Shown here one piece after another: positions 57,328-64,000 of a stretch of DNA of 64,000 nucleotides (position 1 is the first letter of the stretch; every line of letters starts with the position of its first letter). Both the position numbers and the translations under genes were made by a program. The notes below the pieces were generated by a model. The model saw only the letters and a program-made list of their open reading frames with translations. It was not told where the DNA came from and searched no databases. The stretch is from a virus, in IMG/VR virus record IMGVR_UViG_3300045421_000501, positions 1-64,000 of that record; one strand, 5' to 3'.

Positions 57328-58025
57328 AAATTATAGATCATATTGGAATATTTGAAAACTTTGCAAATGAAAACTTTTGCAAAGAACTAATTACTATTTT
57401 TGAATATTGGTTTGAACGAAAATATACATTACAGGAGAATGTAAATTCTCATATAACAGAAGAAAGAAAAGTGAGTTTATTTAATGAAGGTATTACTCAG
57501 TTTCCTGGGAAATCCCTTGGTAGAAAAGATGTTCAATTTTATTTGGAAACAATGGACATTCAAATGGCAATGAATGTTAATGGTATAGTTGGACAAGCCT
57601 TTGAGCAATACATTTCAGAATATCCAGGATTACTAAAAAATGCAGATCCAGTTTCATCCTGGACTACTAAAATACAAAAAACTAATTCTGGTGGAGGGTA
57701 TCATACATGGCATTGCGAGAATGGTGATTTTGGATATCGGGATAGAGTTTTGACTTGGATGATTTATCTAAATGATATTCCTCATGAAAATGGTGGAGCA
57801 ACAGAATTTTTTCATCAAAAACTATCCATTCAACCTAGTGTAGGAACACTAGTTCTTTGGCCTGCATGTTATACTCATATGCATCGAGGTGGATTTTTGA
57901 CTGGAGATATTTCTAAATATATTGCTACCGGATGGTTTCTTCGAGAACCGGGACAAGTTTTTAATAAAAGAATGGGAGAAGAATGTGGACAAATACAACC
58001 TCAAAAATTTGATTTGAATGAATAA
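57324..58025 (+). CDS. 2OG-Fe(II) oxygenase
   Basis: GGGYHTWHCE, WMIYLND, GGATEF, WPACYTHMHRG, KYIATGW. Confidence 0.85.
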   Translation: MKIIDHIGIFENFANENFCKELITIFEYWFERKYTLQENVNSHITEERKVSLFNEGITQFPGKSLGRKDVQFYLETMDIQMAMNVNGIVGQAFEQYISEYPGLLKNADPVSSWTTKIQKTNSGGGYHTWHCENGDFGYRDRVLTWMIYLNDIPHENGGATEFFHQKLSIQPSVGTLVLWPACYTHMHRGGFLTGDISKYIATGWFLREPGQVFNKRMGEECGQIQPQKFDLNE

Positions 58026-59445
58026 TATTTTTGTAGGAATAGGTGATGCACTTCACGATACCAGTATTTGTGCATTGATTGATGGTGAATTTAAGTATCG
58101 AAAATCTGAAAGATACTTTGGAGTAAAGCATCACGAAGCTAAAAGTCAATGGTATGCAAATACTTTAAATGATTGGAATATAACCAAAGTTGATAAATTG
58201 GTTTACACTCATAAAGGTGGAATTGGAAGGGGTAGAAAACCATATGATGGAGAAGAATTTTTGGTCAACGAATCCTTCCCCCATATAAAATGCAATGATA
58301 CAATATGTTTAGATCACCATATTGCTCATATGTTTAGCACATTATCAAGTGCTAAACAACATGCGGTATTTGATGGAAAAGGATCTGGATCAAAGGCAAA
58401 AGGAAGATTTACTGGATTAATAAAAACTGAAACAAAATTTCAAAGATATAAAAAAATGGGTGCTGGAAGATATTTACAATATCTTGGAACAGTATTAAAT
58501 TTTTCTGGATTGGAAATAGATTTCCCCGGAAAAATTATGGGATTGCAATCATATGGAGTTCCTGATTTAAATCTGGCATCTCAAATTAACGAAGAGAATA
58601 TTCTTGATTTTATTGAACCTTGGGTAAGAAAAATACCAAAAAGTACTGATAAAGATTTTCAGAATTTTGTTGCAACTGTACATAAGGCATGTGAACTTCA
58701 GCAATTAGAATATTTTAAAGAGTTTGATTCGAATGAACTAATTGCATGTTCTGGTGGAGTAATGTTAAACACTGTAATTAATACGGAACTTCGAAAAAAA
58801 TATAATCTTTATATTCCACCACATGTATATGATGGAGGATTGTCAATTGGATGTCTTAATTATATTGTAAAGAATTTAAATATTCCAAACTTTCCTTTTA
58901 TTCAGGATGATGAAAGACCATTAGAAAATCCATCAGATGATACAATTGAATTCATTGCAGAAAAACTTGCACTTGGTAAAATTATTGGATGGTATCAGGG
59001 AAATGGTGAGATTGGACCAAGAGCACTTGGCAATCGTAGTATTTTGATGAGTCCTTTAGTTAAAAATGGAAAGGAAATTCTCAATCAAAAAGTAAAAAAA
59101 AGAGAATGGTGGAGACCTTTTGGTGCTTCGGTAATCAAAGAAAAAGCACATGAATATTTTGATATTGATAATAATCCATATATGCTATATAATAGTAAAG
59201 TATTAGTCGATGAACTATATTCAATTACTCATGTTGATGGTACTTGTAGACATCAAACAGTAACTTCCGATCATAAATTTTATTATAAACTCTTAGAAAA
59301 ATTTGAAGAAAAAACTGGTTTGCCAATACTGTTAAATACATCATTGAATATTGGGGGAAAACCAATTTCATCCAAACTGGAAAATGCACATGTTCCTGGA
59401 TTAGATATACTTTGTTGTGGTAATGAAATACATTCTTATAGCTAA
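58018..59445 (+). CDS. Carbamoyltransferase (NodU/CmcH family)
   Basis: HDTS, DHHIAH, FDGKG, GKIMGL, GGVMLN, GPRALGNRSIL, KKREWWRPF, HVDGTCR, LNTSLN. Confidence 0.92.
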   Translation: MNNIFVGIGDALHDTSICALIDGEFKYRKSERYFGVKHHEAKSQWYANTLNDWNITKVDKLVYTHKGGIGRGRKPYDGEEFLVNESFPHIKCNDTICLDHHIAHMFSTLSSAKQHAVFDGKGSGSKAKGRFTGLIKTETKFQRYKKMGAGRYLQYLGTVLNFSGLEIDFPGKIMGLQSYGVPDLNLASQINEENILDFIEPWVRKIPKSTDKDFQNFVATVHKACELQQLEYFKEFDSNELIACSGGVMLNTVINTELRKKYNLYIPPHVYDGGLSIGCLNYIVKNLNIPNFPFIQDDERPLENPSDDTIEFIAEKLALGKIIGWYQGNGEIGPRALGNRSILMSPLVKNGKEILNQKVKKREWWRPFGASVIKEKAHEYFDIDNNPYMLYNSKVLVDELYSITHVDGTCRHQTVTSDHKFYYKLLEKFEEKTGLPILLNTSLNIGGKPISSKLENAHVPGLDILCCGNEIHSYS

Positions 59446-59459
59446 ATGTAAAAAATTAT

Positions 59460-61133
59460 ATGATAATTTATAGTTGTATTACAAATCAGTATGATAATAT
59501 ATCGAATGATCATTATTATGATCCAGAAGTTCGTTATGTCATGTTTCATGATGGAACCATTGAAAAAAAAGGTTCATGGGAATTTATAGAACTTGATATT
59601 GATGAAAATTCACATACAAAAAAATCATATCATCCAAAACATCTACCACATTTATATTTTGACTATGGTGAATGCACTGTTTGGATTGATGGTTGCTATA
59701 TTATAACTGAAGATTTTGTAAATTTTTCAAAAAAAATATTTGAAACCCATAATTTAGTACTACAAAATCATCCATCAAAACGAACTTTAGTTGAAGAATT
59801 TGCAAAACTTTATTATCGTGGATTTGTAGATGAGGAGAAGTGTTATGAATTGGCTGAAAAAATTTATAACAGTGGATATAAATGTTGGATGTATGATCAA
59901 ACTATCAATTGTTGTGTATGGAGAAAAATAAATAAAGAAGTTATTGATTGGAATAATTCTTGGCATAAGTGGTTTATTTTCGGTGATATAAGAGATCAAA
60001 TAGCAAGTTCCTTGGCAGATTATGAAACATTTTCCAGCCATAAAATTGAATTAATTGTAGATTTAAATCATACAACTAGGAATAAAAAATATTCACAATC
60101 ATATGAACTATTAGAACATTCAGATCTTCAACACTTAAAAGTCTTTATTTCAAATATTTCAAATAAATTAGTTACTAATTCAAAATTATCTTTTCATTCA
60201 AATAAAGTTCTTGATGAGAATGAAAATAAATTATACAATTCAGAAATTAAAGTAGTTCCAATTGATAAAAATGAAAATAAATTATACAATTCAGAAATTG
60301 AAGTAGTTCCAATTAATAAAAATGAAATGATAATATACTCTTGTATTACAAATGGATATGATGAAATTCCAGATCATTATTATGATCCAGAAGTTCGTTA
60401 TGTCATGTTTCATGATGGAACGATTGAAAAAAAAGATCCATGGGAATTTATAGATATTCGAGATTATTGTGATCTAGAATGTCCTCTCAGATTATCTAAT
60501 TATCCCAAAACCAATCCACATTTATTTTTTGAAGAAGGATCTAATACAATTTGGATTGATGGTTGTTATGTAATGACAGAAGAATTTGTCAAAGTCTCTA
60601 AAAAAACTTTTCCATTTACAATTCTTAGGCATCCATTTAAATTTTCTTATTACGATGAAATGCTGGAAGGATTTTTATCTGCTTTTTTTTCTTTTGATGA
60701 TGGAATTGAGTTCACAAAATTATTATTCGATGATAACTATAACTTCAAGCAATATAGTAGTCCTTTGTGTACTATTGTTTATAGAACAACAAATTCAGAA
60801 AATCAAAAATTTAATGAGTGTTGGTGGAAATATTCACTCATAGGACCAAATCGAGATCAAGTTGCTTTTGATGCAGCTATTCAATTCACTAATGTCTTCC
60901 CAAATTATATTGAAAAGAGAAATGATTGTGGAATAATTTTAGGGTCTGGATCTAAAATTGGAAGAAAGAAAAAACATGAACAAAGAGGAAAAATTTCTCA
61001 GTGGAAAATGAAACAAAACTTTATTGATGAAATGCGGAAATATGCTAAATTACATCCACATTTTTATGCAAAACATGATCATTATGATATGATGATCAAT
61101 AATAATATTATATCTTCGGATAAATCATTATGA
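59460..61133 (+). CDS. Two-domain DUF616-like putative glycosyltransferase
   Basis: Two copies of IIYSCIT..YD...WIDG...HP...RDQ. Confidence 0.65.
   Translation: MIIYSCITNQYDNISNDHYYDPEVRYVMFHDGTIEKKGSWEFIELDIDENSHTKKSYHPKHLPHLYFDYGECTVWIDGCYIITEDFVNFSKKIFETHNLVLQNHPSKRTLVEEFAKLYYRGFVDEEKCYELAEKIYNSGYKCWMYDQTINCCVWRKINKEVIDWNNSWHKWFIFGDIRDQIASSLADYETFSSHKIELIVDLNHTTRNKKYSQSYELLEHSDLQHLKVFISNISNKLVTNSKLSFHSNKVLDENENKLYNSEIKVVPIDKNENKLYNSEIEVVPINKNEMIIYSCITNGYDEIPDHYYDPEVRYVMFHDGTIEKKDPWEFIDIRDYCDLECPLRLSNYPKTNPHLFFEEGSNTIWIDGCYVMTEEFVKVSKKTFPFTILRHPFKFSYYDEMLEGFLSAFFSFDDGIEFTKLLFDDNYNFKQYSSPLCTIVYRTTNSENQKFNECWWKYSLIGPNRDQVAFDAAIQFTNVFPNYIEKRNDCGIILGSGSKIGRKKKHEQRGKISQWKMKQNFIDEMRKYAKLHPHFYAKHDHYDMMINNNIISSDKSL
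60219..60326 (+). repeat. 51-bp tandem duplication in the inter-domain linker
   Basis: NENKLYNSEI(K/E)VVPI(D/N)K twice, 2 nt differences. Confidence 0.9.
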
Positions 61134-61288
61134 TAATATACTCTTGTATTACAAATGGATATGATGAAATTCCAGATCATTATTATGATCCAGAAGTTCG
61201 TTATGTCATGTTTCATGATGGAACGATTGAAAAAAAAGGTCCATGGGAATTTATAGATATTCGAGATTATTGTGATCTAGAATGTCCT
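60327..61288 (+). repeat. 159-bp near-identical direct repeat (60327-60485 and 61130-61288)
   Basis: Offset 803 nt, one mismatch; a partial third copy lies at about 59508-59590. Confidence 0.9.
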
Positions 61289-61957
61289 AAAAGATTATCT
61301 TCTTATCCCAAAATCAATCCACATAAGTTTTTTTCTGAGGGTGAAGATACTGTTTGGATTGATGGTTGTTATGTTCAAACTCAAGAATGGGTAAATTTAT
61401 CAAAAGAAATATTTAAAAAAAATAAATTTACTCATATTCGACATCCTCTAAAATTTAACTTTATTGAAGAAGCGATTGAGAAATATGTGGGATCTTTTAG
61501 TACTAGAGAAGACATACTCGAAATTTGTAATTTATTGAAAGAAAAAAATTATAATTTTTATAAGTATTCTAGTCCAATTTTATGCTGCATTTGGAGAACA
61601 ATCACCGAAGAAATGAATATTTTTCATGATACTTGGTGGGAATATTCTTTAATTGGACTAAATCGAGATCAAATTTCTTTTGATTATGCTAAACAAAAAC
61701 ATAATTTGAATTGGCAAATTATTGAAGACTGGCTTTCTGTGGGAGTGGATTGGTCTCGTGTAACTGGGAAATTGGCAAGAAAAAAAATACATCCGCAAAA
61801 AGGAGATCTTGAGCAATATTTAAGAAAAGAAGAAATGCTTTCTGAAATATCTAAAATAACAAAAATGCCTTGGAAATTATATTTGAAACATGATTTTTCT
61901 ATATCTATTTATAGATGGGTAACTAATCCAGAACTTCCGAGATCAACTTCGAAGTAG
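61130..61957 (+). CDS. Single-domain DUF616-like putative glycosyltransferase
   Basis: IIYSCITNGYD, WIDG, RHP, NRDQISFDY. Confidence 0.65.
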   Translation: MIIYSCITNGYDEIPDHYYDPEVRYVMFHDGTIEKKGPWEFIDIRDYCDLECPKRLSSYPKINPHKFFSEGEDTVWIDGCYVQTQEWVNLSKEIFKKNKFTHIRHPLKFNFIEEAIEKYVGSFSTREDILEICNLLKEKNYNFYKYSSPILCCIWRTITEEMNIFHDTWWEYSLIGLNRDQISFDYAKQKHNLNWQIIEDWLSVGVDWSRVTGKLARKKIHPQKGDLEQYLRKEEMLSEISKITKMPWKLYLKHDFSISIYRWVTNPELPRSTSK

Positions 61958-61971
61958 AGTATTTATGCTTA

Positions 61972-62005
61972 TTGACATGTATTCCAAAATACATTATACT
62001 AAATA
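61972..62005 (+). promoter_or_regulatory. psbA promoter (sigma70-like, with an overlapping late-like box)
   Basis: TTGACA-N17-TATACT followed by CTAAATA. Confidence 0.75.
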
Positions 62006-62033
62006 TTGTTAAGAAATCAAAACATTTCTTACT

Positions 62034-62140
62034 CACTCCCGCTAACCGAGACCTATGGGAGTCTAAATACGTCCCTTATACCTATGCAGGAGGGTTGCAT
62101 AGGAATACTTGTACCGTTCAGCACCTCCTGGACTAATTTA
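62034..62140 (+). ncRNA. PhotoRC-II-like RNA motif in the psbA leader
   Basis: ACTCCC..ACCGAGACC..GGGAGT and CCTATGCA-GGAGGGT-TGCATAGG hairpins; the GGAGG loop is complementary to downstream CCTCC; directly upstream of phage psbA. Confidence 0.7.
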
Positions 62141-62156
62141 CTACCCATTTAATTAA

Positions 62157-62473
62157 ATGACTGCTACAATTGCTTTACAAAAACAATCTAATCCATGGAA
62201 TCAATTCTGCGATTGGATTACTTCTACCAATAACCGCCTTTATGTGGGTTGGTTTGGTACTCTGATGATTCCTACTCTTCTTGCAGCAACGATTTGTTTC
62301 ATCATCGCCTTCGTTGGCGCACCCCCGGTGGACATTGATGGTATTAGGGAACCAGTTGCTGGTTCTCTTATGTGGGGCAACAACATCATCTCTGGTGCTG
62401 TTGTTCCTTCTAGCAACGCAATCGGATTGCATCTATACAATATTTGGGATGCAGCAAGTCTTGATGAGTGGCT
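62157..62473 (+). CDS. psbA: Photosystem II D1 protein, exon 1 (codons 1-105 plus 2 nt)
   Basis: [42 protein letters not shown]. Confidence 0.95.
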
Positions 62474-63290
62474 TTATAAATAATATTGGGTCACTTTAAA
62501 TCGGGTGAACTGCTGGAAAGCTAAGTTCTCTTATGAAACACAAACATCATCTTACTCCAAAATATCTTGGTGGGTCTGACGAACCACAAAATCTTGTAGA
62601 GGTTTCTCCAACACAACACGCTATGTTTCATTATTGCAACTGGCGTCTTTGGGAAAATAAAGAAGATATGATTGCTTGGAAAGCACTTGCAGGGTATTCT
62701 TCAAAAGAAGAAATAATCCAACAAGTTATTTCTCTTGCAGGTAAGAAGGGTGGTAAGGTTGCAAAAGAAAGCGGACAACTTCGTGCTGCTGCTCTTAAAC
62801 AACCTAAAAGTGTTAGGCAGAAAATTGGTAAAAACCTTATCAACTTTGCCTACAAAAATCCAAAAAATGCAACACAAGAAACTCTAACTAATAGAAAGTA
62901 TAAGAAAGTATTTCACATTTACGAAAAACTAACTGAACGGTCTATTGGTAAACATCTTGGAAATGTTGAGTTTAATCCAGAACAAGATAAAACACTTAAA
63001 ACTGTTTGTTCTATGATACTGGAAAAGTATGGGGTAAAAGTTTATCCTTCACATCTTAATAGTGTTGCTAACGGAAATAGACTTTTAACGAGTGGTATTT
63101 CTTGCAGTTGGGTTTTAGAGAATACGCCAATCAGCAGCCAAGCCACAGACGATACTTCTGTGGAAGGTTCAGAGACTAGTCGGTTCAACAAGCGTGTTGA
63201 GTAATACGACATTAGCGCCCGACACCTTATGAAGATAATAGGGTGAAGATATAGTCCAGTCCATATGGAAACATATGGTTCCCCCGACTG
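62474..63290 (+). mobile_element. Group I intron (817 nt) in psbA
   Basis: P1 AGTGGCT/GGTCACT with a U.G splice pair; P4 TGCTGG/TCAGCA; P3 TCGGGTG/CGCCCGA; P7 GACTA/TAGTC; terminal G; splicing restores GAG TGG CT^C TAT AAT GGG (EWLYNG). Confidence 0.92.
62533..63204 (+). CDS. Intron-encoded HNH homing endonuclease
   Basis: HKHHLTPKYLGGSDEPQNLVEVSPTQHAMFH; late promoter TATAAATA at 62475-62482 in the P1 loop. Confidence 0.88.
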   Translation: MKHKHHLTPKYLGGSDEPQNLVEVSPTQHAMFHYCNWRLWENKEDMIAWKALAGYSSKEEIIQQVISLAGKKGGKVAKESGQLRAAALKQPKSVRQKIGKNLINFAYKNPKNATQETLTNRKYKKVFHIYEKLTERSIGKHLGNVEFNPEQDKTLKTVCSMILEKYGVKVYPSHLNSVANGNRLLTSGISCSWVLENTPISSQATDDTSVEGSETSRFNKRVE

Positions 63291-64000
63291 CTATAATGGG
63301 GGTCCTTATCAACTCGTCGTCTTCCACTTTCTTATCGGCATCTTCTGCTATATGGGTCGTGAGTGGGAACTATCTTACCGACTGGGTATGAGACCCTGGA
63401 TTTGTGTTGCTTACTCTGCACCTGTTGCTGCTGCTAGTGCGGTATTCCTTGTTTATCCTTTCGGTCAGGGTTCCTTCTCAGACGGTATGCCCCTGGGCAT
63501 CTCCGGCACCTTCAATTACATGTTGGTGTTCCAGGCTGAGCACAACATTTTGATGCACCCCTTCCACATGCTTGGTGTGGCTGGTGTGTTCGGCGGCAGC
63601 CTGTTCTCCGCCATGCACGGTTCACTGGTTACCTCTTCCTTAGTGCGTGAAACCACCGAGAGCGAGAGCCAGAACTACGGCTACAAGTTCGGTCAAGAGG
63701 AAGAAACTTATAACATTGTTGCTGCTCACGGTTATTTTGGAAGACTTATTTTCCAATATGCATCATTCAACAACTCTCGTTCACTTCACTTCTTCCTTGC
63801 TGCTTGGCCTGTAGTTGGCATCTGGTTCACTGCTTTAGGTGTTTCTACAATGGCTTTTAATCTCAATGGACTGAATTTTAATCAGAGTATTCTGGATAAT
63901 CAGGGTCATGTTATTAAAACTTGGGCAGATATTTTAAATTCTGCTGGACTTGGGCTCGAAGTAATGCACGAAAGAAACGCACATAATTTTCCTTTGGATC
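63291..64000 (+). CDS. psbA: Photosystem II D1 protein, exon 2 (3'-truncated by the window)
   Basis: [64 protein letters not shown]. Confidence 0.97.

Noticed and set aside
33247-61288. CRISPR array or diversity-generating retroelement suggested by the repeats
   Set aside because: The repeats are in-frame coding duplications without spacers, mismatches are too few to show adenine-specific variation, and no reverse transcriptase or cas gene is in the window.
62157-62483. 108-aa truncated psbA as listed in the ORF track
   Set aside because: The stop lies inside the intron; splicing restores a continuous D1 frame.
3627-62843. Numerous short minus-strand and alternate-frame ORFs in the track (e.g. 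4122-4310, 10504-10842, 31414-31776, 56004-56405)
   Set aside because: They lie within well-supported plus-strand genes or tRNAs, have no recognisable motifs, and look like shadow ORFs.

Overview
A 64-kb, strongly AT-rich, almost entirely plus-strand segment of a T4-like cyanomyovirus (Kyanoviridae-type) genome, probably infecting a Synechococcus/Cyanobium-type host. In order it carries: head/tail morphogenesis genes (gp17-gp23, gp3); recombination, replication and late-transcription genes (uvsY, uvsW, gp55, gp47, gp46, gp45, gp44, gp62, regA, gp43, uvsX, gp41, gp61, nrdAB); auxiliary genes (hli, hsp20, mazG, dam, 2OG-Fe(II) oxygenases); a cell-wall-enzyme cluster; 9 tRNAs; a ~14-kb operon of glycosyltransferase-like and sugar-tailoring genes headed by a wcaG/manA-type RNA; and psbA (cut by the window end) interrupted by a group I intron with an HNH endonuclease. 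The most unusual feature is the DNA polymerase. It is split just after motif A into two genes with no intein or intron. Each new end carries an amphipathic helix that could zip the halves together, and the 96-nt gap retains a late promoter and what looks like the tail of a deleted homing endonuclease. Other candidates are several structured RNA leaders, late-promoter/RBS-hairpin switches before nucleases, and modular proteins that may be protease-processed head cargo. All assignments come from motif recognition and gene order by eye; no database searches were run.
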